A stretch of 64,000 nucleotides of DNA from the human T2T-CHM13v2.0 reference genome, Homo sapiens: contig CP086569.2 of the NCBI GenBank assembly GCA_009914755.4, positions 2,208,001 through 2,272,000 on the forward strand, read 5' to 3'. Numbering within the stretch: the stretch's first letter is position 1; every line of letters begins with the position of its first letter. Of this stretch, positions 17,560 to 30,985 are shown piece after piece. The translations under genes were made by a program, and so were the position numbers. Under the pieces are notes generated by a model. The model was not told where the DNA came from, searched no databases, and saw only the letters and a program-made list of their open reading frames with translations.

Positions 17560-18170
17560 TCATACTGTTATCACCAGAAAGAGGTCCCGATCCAGACCCT
17601 CAAGAGAGTATTCTTGGATCTTGCCCAAGAAAGAATTTAGGGCGAGTCCATAAAGTGAAAGCCAAGTTTATTAGGAAAATAAAGGAATCAAGAATGGCTA
17701 CTCCATAGCCAGAGTAGCCCCAGGACTGCTGGTTGCCCATTTTTATGGTTATTTCTTGGATATGCTTAACAAGGGGTGGATTATGGTTATTTGTATGGAT
17801 ATGCTAAACAAGGGGTGGATTATTCATGCCTCCCCTTTTAGACCATATAGGGTAACTTCCTGACGTTGCCATGGCATTTGTAAACTGTCATGGAGCTGGT
17901 AGGAGTGTAGCAGTGAGGACCACCAGAGGTCACTCTTGTGGCCATCTTGGTTTTGGTGTGTTTTCGCCGGCTTCTTTACCTGTTTATCTTTTACCTGTTT
18001 TACCAGCAAGGTCTTTATGACCTGTCTCTTGTACCGACCTCCTATCTCATCCTGTGACTTAGAATGCCTTAACCATCTGGGAATGCAGCCCATAAGTGTC
18101 AGCTTCATTTTGCCCAGCCCCTATTCAAGATGGAGTTGCTCTGGTTCAAACACCTCTGACCATACTTTAA
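17560..18170 (-). mobile_element. LTR-like repeat, unclassified (copy 1), with internal about 40-bp tandem duplication
   Basis: reverse complement reads ...aataaacttggctttcactttatggactcgccctaaattctttcttgggcaagatccaagaatactctcttgagggtctggatcgggacc (polyA signal plus R/U5-like); about 85% identical over about 420 bp to 22775-23215. Confidence 0.4.
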
Positions 18171-18473
18171 CCTGATTCTGCAAAAAGCCCTCTCATCAGA
18201 TGCCTCTGCAGCATGGAGGGTCGCAGATTGAATATACTCTTTTCTAGGTCTTGAGTGGATTTGTTGCAGAGCCAGTGAGCAAATGCAGTTATCACCACCT
18301 TGGTTTGCCTGTGACTGTCATCATGATGAAACAGCTACATTGTCTGGGGTACATACCCTGGGGTTCATTGTCTCGCACCGAGAAAGAATTCAGGACACAG
18401 ACACGTGTGGGTGGATTAAGGAGTGGAAAGTTTAAGAGACAAAGAAAGGAAAGAAGAGAGCAGCTCCTTGCCA

Positions 18474-18497
18474 GAGAGAGAGAGAGAGAGAGACATC
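18474..18497. repeat. (GA)n microsatellite
   Basis: gccagagagagagagagagagagacatc. Confidence 0.85.
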
Positions 18498-19561
18498 TGA
18501 AAAGTAGGGAGGTGGCAGTCAGCAGCAGATTTTATAGGCAGGCTGGAGAAGGTGGTGTTTGATTTATGTAGGGCTCACAGATTGGTTCCATCAGGTACGT
18601 TTACATAGCGCCTGTGGGGAAGGCTGATTGCCCCACCTTAATCTTATTATGCAAATGGGCTTTCCACTTGATAGGCGCCATCTTGTCTGCTCCTTACTGT
18701 ACAAGTGGCCGACAAAGAGGAGGAAGATGGAGCCACCCTGTTGAACGTCTCTAGTCCCTAGTTCCTGCCGGCATTCACCCGTGCAAGCTCCCAGCTGGCT
18801 TGTCTATGTCTGCAGCTTGACTTGACAGGCTGCTCTTTGTTAGAAAATGACTTGGGGCTGCTTTTCATTAAAGAGAAAAGCCTTACCAAGGACTCCCATA
18901 CCCTTACTGTCTGCCTAAGTGATTTCTTCTTAACTCCTGTATCACTGGCAGACTCTGAGTTGCCTGTTGGGTGGAGTACTATATTGCCGAGTATCATGAC
19001 TGTATTAGATGTGAGGGAGACAGTGTGAATAGGACATGGTCCCTGAAGAGCACAGAGCTCTCACGTGGGGCTGGGCGGAGCTTCTGTCCTATCCAGTGTT
19101 ACGGAACCCTTGCAAGCACAGGTCAGGCAGCTCCAGTGCTGGAAGACATGCACGCAAAATCCAGGGGGACCATTGCAAAGAGGTTTAGTGTTTCTTGGAA
19201 AAATGCCAGAAGTCTGAAGAAGTGGTGGCCCCGAGCAGCTTTGAAGGATGTGCATGCAATTAAACCGAAGCCAAAGGGTCAGAGAGAGGAGTGAGAGCCA
19301 GGTAGGAATCTATGTGCAGCTTCATCATAAACTCACAGGCAGGCTTCATGCAGCACCGTCTCAGTGCATTCAATGTTTGGATTCCACACGCATGCATCCT
19401 CAACCCCCTTGCAATGCTATTCTCCCTGGAGGGAAATGGGTCATTCTTACTCTATCATATGCAGATATCTGGTCAACCAGATAAATGTGTGAGAAAACAC
19501 CAACAAAGCAGAAATTACTTTTAATTATAGAGCAGAGTCATCGTAAAAGTTTGTGCAAAAA

Positions 19562-19868
19562 AAATTTTTTTTTTTTTTGTGGCTGGGTCTCCCTCTGTTA
19601 CCCAGGCTGGAGACCTGGAATGCAGTGGTGTGATCATGGCTCACTGCAACTTCGACTTCACAGGCTCAGGTGATCCTCGCACCTCAGCCTCCCAAGTAGC
19701 TAGGATGACAGGTGTGTGCCACCACACCTAGGTAATTTTTGTATTTTTTGGTAGAGATGAGGTCTCACTATGTTGCGCAGGCTGGTGCTGAAATTCTGGG
19801 CTCCAGTGATCCTCCTACCTCTGCTTGCAAAGTACTCGGATTACAGGTGTGAGCCACAGTACCTAGCA
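19562..19868 (-). mobile_element. Alu (reverse, AluJ-like)
   Basis: T18 head; gtggctgggtctccctctgttacccaggctggagacctggaatgcagtggtgtgatcatggctcactgcaacttcgac...gattacaggtgtgagccacagtacctagc. Confidence 0.85.
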
Positions 19869-19872
19869 AGAT

Positions 19873-20211
<339 letters not shown>

Positions 20212-20365
20212 TGAGAGACTGTACAATATTGTAAACAAATAAAATCAGAAAACATATTGTGTTTCCACGGTTCCAACACATATGGGTCACATGAATTGCG
20301 TGAACTCACTGTTAAGTGCATGGTAAATATCATGCTTTAAAAAGAGAAAGATGTTTCGGCATCAC

Positions 20366-20668
20366 TTTTTTTTTCTTTTTCTTTTTTCAGATGGAGTCTG
20401 GCTCTGTCCCCCAGTCTGGAGTGCACTGGCACCATGTCAGCTCACTGCAACCTCCGCCTCCTGGGTTGAAGTGATTCTCCTGCCTTAGCCTCCTGAGTAG
20501 CTGGGATTACAGGCGCCTGCCACCATGTCTGGCTAACTTTTGCATTTTAGTAGAGATGGGGTTTCACCATGTTGGTCAGGCTGGTCTCAAACTCCTCAGC
20601 TCAGGTGATCCGCCCCCCTCCGCCTCCCAAAGTACTGGGATTACAGGTGTGAGCCACCGAGCCTGGCC
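20366..20668 (-). mobile_element. Alu (reverse)
   Basis: ttttttttcttttt cttttttcagatggagtctggctctgtcccccagtctggagtgcactggcaccatgtcagctcactgcaacc...gattacaggtgtgagccaccgagcctggcc. Confidence 0.9.
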
Positions 20669-20803
20669 CAGTATCACTTGCTTAAATATTTTAGAAATGT
20701 GTAGAACTTTCAGGAAGTTACAAAAACCATGTTCCATGAGCTATTTTAACATATTTACTTGACAGCTGTCTCATGCGGCTTTTGTAAATAAAAGTACAAG
20801 TAC

Positions 20804-21126
<323 letters not shown>

Positions 21127-21565
21127 TCAGCCTAGGAGTGTTTTTAGCACGAGCTGCAATTATAGATGGGGTCAGCTGCATGACCCAAGATGAAACCTAG
21201 AAGAAAACACTCACGTTCACCACCACCATCAACAGTGCCTTCCGCAACACATCCCTCCATGGGAACTGCCAGATGTTTCTTTCTCTCTATTGTGTAGCTA
21301 AATATTTTCTGAACTATATTGGGCAATTCTTTCCAACACAAATGTCTTGGAATGCTAATAAAAGTGCCTGGGGGAAAAAAGAGGCTCTAAATTCAGGGGG
21401 AAAAAATGTGGAAAAGACTGAGCTTCTCAGAGTTGAGCGGTTCTTTTCAGCAAGATTTCTCAGTCTTTTGTTTGCTGAAGGGCAATTAAATCTCCCAGGA
21501 GAGATACTGTGGGTACTGTGGTCCGCGTGCCCAAAATTCTTTAACCACAGAACTGTTTTTGCTAA

Positions 21566-22196
<631 letters not shown>

Positions 22197-22472
22197 TGAG
22201 GATTTTAGACTTCAGCCAAGGCAAAACTCCAATTATTAGTTTTCTAATCATTTTACTTGTCAGGACATAGGTGCAGTTCCAGTTAACAGGGAAGAGTGGC
22301 ACACCTGCTTATGCCTAATTATAAAGTAACTGAGGAAAACCATCAGTGTTTTCCAGGAAGTTGACAAAGTCCTGGTTCTTTATGAATGAGTTCAGAATCT
22401 GCCATTGAGGTTTCCAGAGATGCCAGACCTAAGAAATCCTGGGGAAATAAAGACACTTAAAGAGATAAAAAC

Positions 22473-22770
22473 CGGCTGGTGTGATGGCTCACGCCTGTAA
22501 TCCCAGCACTTTGGGAGGCTGAGGCGGGCAGATCACGAGGTCAAGAGACAGAGACCATCCTGGCCAACATGGCGAAACCCCGTCTCTACTAAAAATACAA
22601 AAAGTAGCTGGGCGTGGTGGTGCGCACCTGTAATCCCAGCTACTCGGGAAGCTGAGGCAGGAGAATCACTTGAACCTGGAGGCGGAGGTTGCAGTGAGCC
22701 GAGATCTGGCCACTGCACTCCAGCCTGGTGACAGAGTGAGACTCCGTCTCAAAACAAACAAAGAAAAGAA
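22473..22770 (+). mobile_element. Alu (AluY/Sc-like)
   Basis: ccggctggtgtgatggctcacgcctgtaatcccagcactttgggaggctgaggcgggcagatcacgaggtcaagagacagagaccatcctggccaacatgg...gagaatcacttgaacctggaggcggaggttgcagtgagccgagatctggccactgcactccagcctggtgacagagtgagactccgtctc. Confidence 0.9.
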
Positions 22771-22774
22771 AGTA

Positions 22775-23215
22775 GAGGAATAAAAGAATGGCTAGTCCAC
22801 ATGCAGAGCAGCCCTGAAGGCTGCTGGTGGGCCATTGTTATGGTTGTTTCTTGATGATATGCTAAACGAGAGGTGAATTATTCATGCCTCCTGTTTTTAG
22901 ACCATAGAGGGTAATTTCCTGATGTTGCCATGGCATTAGTAAACTGTCATGGTGCTTGGTGGGAGTGTAGCAGTGAGGATGACCAGAGGTCACTCTCATC
23001 ACCATCTTGGTTTTGGTGGGGTTTGGCCAGCTTCTTTACTCCAACCTGTTTTATCAGCTAGGTCTTTGTGACCTGTAGCTTGTGTTGCCTTCCTATCTCA
23101 TCCTGTGTCTTAGAATGCCTAACCTCCCAAGAATACAGCCCAGTAGGTCTCAGCCTTGTTTTACCCAGCCCCTATTCAAGATGGAGTTGCTATGGTTCAA
23201 ACACCCTCTGACACT
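22775..23215 (-). mobile_element. LTR-like repeat, unclassified (copy 2, lacks the R/U5-like end)
   Basis: aataaaagaatggctagtccacatgcagagcagccctgaaggctgctggtgggccattgttatggttgtttcttgatgatatgctaaacgagaggtgaattattcatgcctcc...ccagcccctattcaagatggagttgctatggttcaaacaccctctgac; same family as 17560-18170. Confidence 0.4.
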
Positions 23216-23217
23216 GC

Positions 23218-23575
23218 CTGTATTAGTCTGTATTTATGCTGCTGATAAAGACATACTCGAGACTGGGAAGAAAAAGAGGTTTAATTGGACTTACAGTTCC
23301 ACATGGCTGGGGAGGCCTCAGAATCATGGCGGGAGGCAAAAGGCACTTCTTACATGGCGGGGGCAAGAGAAAAGTGAGGAAGAAGCAAAAGCCGAAACCT
23401 CTGATAAACCCATCAGATCTTGTGAGGCGTATTCACTATCACAAGAATAGCATGGGAAAGACCATTCCCCCATGATTCAATTACTGCCCCTGGGTCCCTC
23501 CCACAACATGTGGGAATTCTGGGAGATAGAATTCAAGTTAAGATTTGGGTGGGGACACAGCCAAACCACATCACT
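23218..23575 (-). mobile_element. MaLR LTR (THE1-like), reverse
   Basis: tgtattagtctgtatttatgctgctgataaagacatactcgagactgggaagaaaaagaggtttaattggacttacagttccacatggctggggaggcctcagaatcatggcgggaggc...ccatgattcaattactgcccctgggtccctcccacaacatgtgggaattctgggagatagaattcaagttaagatttgggtggggacacagccaaaccacatca. Confidence 0.75.
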
Positions 23576-24060
23576 GTCATTTTGTAAAAGATGTGCATTT
23601 TTGTCTTCTCCGGTTGCCATAACAAATCACCACCAATTTTGTGGCTTTAAAAGAACAGAAATGTAGTGTCTTCTGATTCTGGAGTTCAGAAGCCTGAAAT
23701 TAGTATTGCTGGGCTAACACCCAGTTGTTGTCAGAGCTGATTCCTTCTGGAGTCTCCAGAGCAGAACCTACTCCCTTTCCTTTTGAAGCTTGTAGAGGCT
23801 GTTTTGCCATGCCTTGGCTTGTAGCCCCTTCCTCTACCTTAAAGACATCAGCACATTTCCCTCCTCTCAGACCTCTGTTTCTATCCCCACATCTCCTTGT
23901 CTGACTCTGACCCTCGTGCGTCCTCTTTCCGGTATAAGGGTGCTTGTGATGACATTGAGATACCCTCATTATGATCCAGGATAATCCTCTCATCTTAAAA
24001 TCCTTAATCACTTTTGCAAAGTCACTTTTGCCATATAAGGTCACATATTCACAGATTTCA
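23575..24060 (+). mobile_element. MaLR LTR, MLT1-type (family name from memory)
   Basis: tctccggttgccataacaaatcaccaccaattttgtggctttaaaagaacagaaatgtagtgtcttctgattctggagttcagaagcctgaaattagtattgctgggctaaca...gatccaggataatcctctcatcttaaaatccttaatcacttttgcaaagtcacttttgccatataaggtcacatattcacagatttcagggattaggatgtgg. Confidence 0.6.
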
Positions 24061-24565
24061 GGGATTAGGATGTGGGCGTCATTGGGGCCATTATTCTGTC
24101 TATCACATGGAGATTAGGATGTGGACATCTTTGGGGCCATTATTCTGTCTCCCACATGGGGATTAGGACATGGACATCTTTGGGGGTCATTATTCTGTCT
24201 CCCACATGGGGATTAGGACATGGACCTCTTTGGGTGTCATTATTCTGTCTACCACATGGGGATTAGAATGTGGACCTCTTTGGGGGACATTATTCTTTCT
24301 ACCACATGGGGATTAGAATGTGGACATCTTTGGGGGACATTATTCTGTCTACCACATGGGGATTAGGACGTGGACATCTTTGGGGCCATCACCTGTCTAC
24401 TACATGGAGATTAGGACATGGACATTTGGGGGGTCATTATTCTGTCTACCACATTAGGATTAGGATGTTGACATCTCTGGAGCCATTATGTTGTCTATCA
24501 CATGCGGATGAGGACATGGACATCACTGGGGCCATCACTTTTTCTACCAGAAGAGGAAAGAGTAT
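24055..24565. repeat. minisatellite of about 57-bp units x about 9, amplified from the 3' end of the MLT1-type LTR
   Basis: (ggggattaggacatggacatctttgggggccattattctgtctaccacat)n with variants; produces the periodic peptides in ORFs 24072-24266 and 24270-24680. Confidence 0.85.
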
Positions 24566-24981
24566 TGGGTTTAGGGTGAGGGGACATAAGTATGTGGTCC
24601 CAGAACTACCATTGGTTAGCTCATTACACTGGACAATGGACCTTGCCTCTAGGTCCTTGGGTCCTACATCTGTATTGTAGGGGTAATCCATCCTACATCA
24701 GATCTATGGTATTCAAGTAACGGGAACAGGCTAATACAGTCAGCCACTCAAAATGGCTTCATAACATCCTTAAGCTATGGAACCATGAGCCAGACATATC
24801 TGATTTGACAAAATTAAGATAAGGGTCAGAAAACTTTCTCTTCTGGCTCTCTGAAGCAAAGCCTTTATTTTGATCTGTCTAGCTGTCAATGTCTTTCCAT
24901 TTTCAAATCACAGTTACCAGTCTTTCACCTTTACATGTATTTTAATGGCTTAACATCATTAATATCAGCAGGAAATTGATT

Positions 24982-25273
24982 TTTTTTTTTTTAGATGGAG
25001 TTTCGCTCTTGTCACCCAGGCTGGAGTGCAATGGCGCGATCTTGGCTCACCACAGCCCCCACCTCCAGGGTTCAAGTGACTCTCCTGCCTCAGCCTCCTG
25101 AGTAGCTGGGATTACAGGCATGCACCACCATACCCGGCTAATTTTTGTATTTTTAGTAGAGATGGGGTTTCTCCATGTTGGCCAGTCTGATCTCGAACTC
25201 CCAACCTCAGGTGATCCGCCCACCTAAGCCTCCCAAAGTGCTGGGATTACAGTCGTCAGCCACTGTGCTCGGC
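24982..25273 (-). mobile_element. Alu (reverse) with TSD gcaggaaattg
   Basis: T13 head; agatggagtttcgctcttgtcacccaggctggagtgcaatggcgcgatcttggctcaccacagcc...gattacagtcgtcagccactgtgctcggc; (a/g)gcaggaaattg on both flanks. Confidence 0.9.
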
Positions 25274-26857
25274 AGGAAATTGTTTTTACTAAGAGACCGC
25301 TGAGCCAGTGTGGAGAGGGATCAACATGAAAACATGATGGCATTTGAATATTATTTTCCAAAATCAGATTATCCCTTTAAACACACGTTTCTCTAACTCA
25401 TGGGAGGCCAATGTCAGTCATGACATGAAATTATATTTCCCACATTGCATCTTAGACTAGAACTTCTATAAATCTGCAAGCCAAAAAAACAGAACTTCCA
25501 AGGCTCCATAGCAAAGTAACCAAGCCAACCCCATACTCACCTAGAATCGACTCTCTACAGCTGTGTTCATTCATCACACTCATTACTTCCAAATTGGATG
25601 TTTTTTTCTCCAACAGGCTCAATGACTACTTAATTTACATTCCAGCCACAAAATCAAGCCTCTGATCTTACCTACTCCTGTGTCAGGCATAAACGTAATT
25701 ACGAATACAAAGTATTGCAGATTAGGTAATGCATTCAGTCTAGGATGGAAGACTCAGGTTGTACTTGGTGAGGGAAAGCGTTTACAACACCTGTCTACTG
25801 GATTTAAACATGCAGCTGCCATTGGGGTTAGGGTTGGAAATTTCCATATCACTGGTAGCTGAGTTCCTGACTAGTTGGGATAATCAAGGGTAGTTGAGAG
25901 CCAAGTACTTAATGATTATCTCCACTCTGCAAATGACCAATGTCTTGTGGCATACATTACCCAAACTTCTCATTCTACTTGGAATACTCCTTCTGTAGCA
26001 AGTCTAGGTCCTTCTAGAGCCGTCTTCAGAGTTGAGGTCTGGCAAACTCATTCCATGCCCAAGATCAAAACCAGTAGGCTTACCACTTTACCATTGGCAT
26101 CCAAGCTTGACTTCTTGATCTTCAAGTGACATGCTTTCTGTATCCTCATTTCTGCCTTTATTCTTTCTTCTCCAAAATTCCCAAAGTGGTCTTGGGCAGA
26201 GAAGATAATGATGGGTTTTGGTTGTCCTTAAAAAGTCTGCATGGATATCTTCACAGGAAAGCAGCATGCTTTTACCTAATTTTGTTTTGTCCTCTCAGGT
26301 ACATGGTGATTCCTAGTCTATCATGTGTGTGAATTTCTTGGGGTTCTGCTACAAGGCAGATTCTGTTTCAGTGGATCTGGGTGGGGCTTCACATTCTATG
26401 TGTCTAAGTCCTGGGCAATGGTGATACTGCTCATCCATGGACCATATATTGTGTCTTGAGGTTTTACAACACAGGTGTATATAGGTTTATGTATATAGGT
26501 GATGCCCTGCATAAACTCACTACAGAAAACGACCTGGGCTAGAAATGGTAGCAGAGTGCAACCTAGGGGTCCCTGGGTTGGCTTAAACTCAGTAGGTAGG
26601 CATGGAACTTGGGATGGCCACTTTCTTGACCCTTAGCAGGAATTGCATGGGTCCAGGCAATTTATCACAAGAAAAACAAAGTAAATGCCCCAGATGGATC
26701 AACTCAAATGCATCAGTACTAGTAGAAACAACTAAAATGATGGCTACCTGGCTGGATTCATGTTCTGTGGTAGCATCTTCCTCTACTGCTGATGTGAGGT
26801 TGGTCCCTGAAGCAGAAATGGCTCTTGTCGCCCAGGGACAAAGGAGTCTTGGCTGGG

Positions 26858-27250
26858 CACGGTGGCTCATGCCTGTAATCCCAACACTATGGGAGGCTGA
26901 GACAGGAGGATTGCTTGAGCCCAGGAGTTAAAGACCAGCCTGGACAACATGGCAAAACCCTGTCTCAAAAAAAGAAAGAAAGGAAGAGAGAAAGAGAGAA
27001 AGAAAGAGAGAGAGAAAGAAGGAAGGAAGGAAAGGAAGGAGAGAGAGAGAGAAAAAAAAAGAAAGGAAGAAAGAAAAGAAAGAAAGAAAAGAAAAGAAAA
27101 AAAGAAGAAAAGAAAAGAAAACTTTGCTGAGCCCCCAGGCTTGGTGGCTGAGATGAAAGCATCGCTGGAGCCCAGCAGGTTGAGTCCGCAGTGAGCTGCG
27201 ATTGTGCCACTACACTCCAGCCTGGGCTACACAGAGGGACCATTTCCAAA
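26858..27250 (+). mobile_element. old Alu whose middle A-rich linker is expanded into a (GAAA/GA)n tract
   Basis: left arm ggctgggcacggtggctcatgcctgtaatcccaacactatgggaggctgagacaggaggattgcttgagcccaggagttaaagaccagcctggacaacatggcaaaaccctgtctc; right arm ...gcagtgagctgcgattgtgccactacactccagcctgggctacacagagggacc. Confidence 0.7.
26975..27120. repeat. (GAAA)n/(GA)n/(GGAA)n compound microsatellite
   Basis: aaaaaaagaaagaaaggaagagagaaagagagaaagaaagagagagagaaagaaggaaggaaggaaaggaaggagagagagagagaaaaaaaaagaaaggaagaaagaaaagaaagaaagaaaagaaaagaaaaaaagaagaaaagaaaagaaaa. Confidence 0.9.
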
Positions 27251-28384
27251 ACCAAGAAAGAAACAAAAAAGGGAGTCTTGCTAAGTTGATGCCTTTAGAA
27301 CTCGTTGTTCGTAGAGACAAAGTTGGTGTGTGGGAGCTCCCCATGCACTTCTCTGGAGGATAAGAGAGGGTAGCTCCATTCTTTGTTGAGAAAAGTGCAT
27401 TTGCCCAGAGGGCTTGGGGGCTCAGGTTTAAAAAGAAAAGTCTGAAGGTCAGTGCTTGCTGATGATAATAAGTGATGCTGAAATTATCTAGCATCTAGAT
27501 GCTAAAATGTCACCCTTTACCATCTTTTCAACATCCTTCTGTCTCAGTGGTATGAAATGATTAATTTCACCCAGGGTAATTGGCTATTTAAACTTACTGG
27601 CACTGGCAAAAAATGCATTAAGGTGGACATTCTAAAATCAAAGATATTAATATTAAGATCTATTTTATTTCTTTAAAAAATTACATGAGATCTTCCAGGG
27701 ACCATGTAATGAGCAATAGTTAGCATATAAAGTACTCCAGACCCATCCAAACATTTGTCAACACTACAGTATAAACATTATTCCTTTATTTTCCAAATTT
27801 CTGGTGTAGAGTGTGTTGCAATTGTTGGAAACTAGACTGAGATTAAACAGTGAGTAATACTCAGTATTGCAACCTGTCGTTTCCAATTTCCTGAACCATC
27901 AGGAGAATACAGTGCCTCTTTTTAGTGTTATTTATGAACCATAGCTTTTGCATCCATTTTGCAATTACACATGGCCAACGTTTAATATATAAAGTCATGA
28001 AAACTCTTTGGAATCTAATTGTTTTTTTCCCCTCTGGCTGGAACGAATAGTTAAGCAGAGGAAACTGTAAAGAGGTTCATGTAGATTTCACAGAATGTGT
28101 TTTATGATCTTTTTGCATCATGAGTTTGGCTCTGTCTCCAGGGGAATGCAATTCTCCCAATGAAATGGGGAACTCAGGCTTCCTCCAACCAATTGTTCTC
28201 TTTCCTTGAATTTATTCCATGGCAAGAATGGAATATCCCTGCAAAGATTCTCTAGGATGATCCAGACAAAGTCAATTCATTCATTCATGGGTGCTTGCAT
28301 TCATTTAATGAATATTAATGACCTAGACTGTGCCAGATATTGGAGTAGGCCTGCATATATATGGGTCCCAACATTTGGTCTCAG

Positions 28385-29010
28385 AAAGTAATAGGTAGAT
28401 AGACAAATAGATGGATGGATGGGCGGGGTAAGTGGATGAATGGATAACTGGATAGAAAGTTGGGTGCATAGATGGATGAATTATTAGGTGGATTAATGGA
28501 TGGACAGATAGATGGGTAAATGGATAAGTGGGTAGCTAGGTAGTTGGATAGTTGATTGGATGAATGGATGGATAGATAGTCAGATAGATGTTATATAGAG
28601 AGATGGATGGATGTATATATGGATGATGGATGGACAGATGGATGGGTGGATGGATGAATGGGTAGATACATAATTGGTTAGTTGATTGAATGAATGGATG
28701 GATAGATAGTTGAATAGATGGTTATAGGGAGAGATGAATGGATGGATATATGGATGATGGATGGGCTGATAAATGGGTAGATGGATGATGGGCAGATAAA
28801 TAGTTGGATAGTTGATTGGACGAATGGGCGGATAGATAGTTGGATAGATGGTTATATGGAGAGATAAAGGGATGATAGATGGACAGACTGCATGGGTGAA
28901 TGGATGCATAGATAGTTGGATAGATACTTGGTTGGATGGATTACAGATGGAAAAATAGATGAATATATGTATGGATAGATAAATAATCGCATAGATGGTT
29001 GGATGGACAG
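28385..29010. repeat. compound (GGAT/GATA/GATG)n minisatellite with about 130-bp higher-order units
   Basis: ggatggatgggcggggtaagtggatgaatggataactggatag...; blocks 28545-28640, 28675-28765 and 28805-28890 are about 85-90% identical; source of the 174-aa reverse ORF 28580-29104. Confidence 0.9.
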
Positions 29011-29665
29011 ATGGAAGATTCTCAACTTCATGGCTTAATGCCAACTCCTCTCCACCTTTCATGTCGATTGGTGGTCCCAGGGGGTGCAAAATGGGTGGTC
29101 TCATACAGTAGTTCTAAGCAGGTGTGCTGTTCTCAGCAGCCTCAGGGACCAGCTGTGTTACCTTGTTCATGTAACTCAACTTCTCTGCTCCCCGTCACAT
29201 CTTTAAAGCAGAGGACAGGATGGCTGCGAGAATGACGTGAGAAAATCTGGGTCTCAGTGGTGTAGGGAGAGCTAAAGGGATGCTACTACAATTCAGAGAG
29301 TGATCATTAAATGTGCCTCTTCAAATGTGCTTCAGGACAGTCCTCTTCCGTGGCTCAAAAAAATGAGGTCAGTCATTTCCCGACCGCAAACCCTGTCCAT
29401 TTGTGTATCGCTTAAAAGTAAGTGACCTTACTTTTGAATTTACATCTCTTCCAATAAAAGAAACAGGAGTCCAAAGTTATCTGGAATAAGACATGTCATA
29501 AAAACACAGGGGTGTCAACCACAATGTGGAAGATGAATAACCCTGTATAACACGCAGGAAGAAAAATAAGCTGTCTCCATTCAGCCAATGAATGAAACAA
29601 ATCCAAATGCAAGTGAGAATAGGGGTAGGGGTTATTACCAAGCAGGTTCACAGGCTTGCTGATGA

Positions 29666-30172
<507 letters not shown>

Positions 30173-30282
30173 TAGAATTGACGGTAGGAAATGGAGCTCT
30201 CTACTTCCTCATTTCCAGAGTAAGCAGGGCGCACGTTCCCATGGTGCCCTTCTATTTTTTCACAACACTCTAAGTTTTCTCA

Positions 30283-30592
30283 GCTGGGTGCGGTGGCTTA
30301 CACCTGCAATCCCAGCACTTTGGGAGGCTGAGGTGGGAGGATCACTTGAGCCCCGAAGTTTGAAACCAGCTTGGGCAACATAGCAAGACCCCATCTCTCA
30401 AAATATCTTTAAAAAATTAGCCAGTCACGGAGGTATGTGCCTGTAGTCCCAGCTACTCAGGAGGCTGACGTGGGAGGATTGCTTGAGCCCAGGAGGTCAA
30501 CAATGAAGTGAGCTATGATGTCATTCCAGCGTGGGTGACAGAGTCTGACCTTGTCTCAAAATAATAAATAAATAAATAAATAAATAAATAAA
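30283..30592 (+). mobile_element. Alu (AluJ-like) with (AAAT)n tail
   Basis: agctgggtgcggtggcttacacctgcaatcccagcactttgggaggctgaggtgggaggatcacttgagccccgaagtttgaaaccagc...; tail (aaat)8. Confidence 0.85.
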
Positions 30593-30940
30593 AGTATTAT
30601 CCAAAAATACTTAATTTTAAACATTTTCTCCAAACTCCCAATAGGGCATGAAACAGCTATTAACAATAATTACATTAACAATTTCTTTTTGCTATGATCA
30701 TATCTGCAAATTATAGGAAGGGTGCTGAGTCCACTGTAGCCAGTATACTTAGTACATCTGAGATACCCAAATCAGTGTGTCTCATCAGAGCTGCTCATAG
30801 ACACGATAGGGGTTTCAGCAAACCCCTGATAACCCATGCATGACTTTTCTTTTTAAATGTGCCCGGTTTTCATTCATATTCGGAGTTTTCAGGTCAATCT
30901 CAAATACACCTGTCTTCCCGTCTGTACAGAATATATGTAT

Positions 30941-30943
30941 ATA

Positions 30944-30976
<33 letters not shown>

Positions 30977-30985
30977 CATACATAA
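30941..30985. repeat. (CT)n(TA)n microsatellite
   Basis: tctctctctctctctctctatatatatatacatacataa. Confidence 0.9.

Noticed and set aside
26915-27194. Lys/Glu/Arg-rich ORFs (KERKREREKE...)
   Set aside because: Translation of the (GAAA)n expansion inside an Alu.
28580-29104. 174-aa reverse ORF (longest in the window)
   Set aside because: Lies entirely within the (GGAT/GATA)n minisatellite. The periodic His/Pro/Ile/Ser composition is a repeat artefact.
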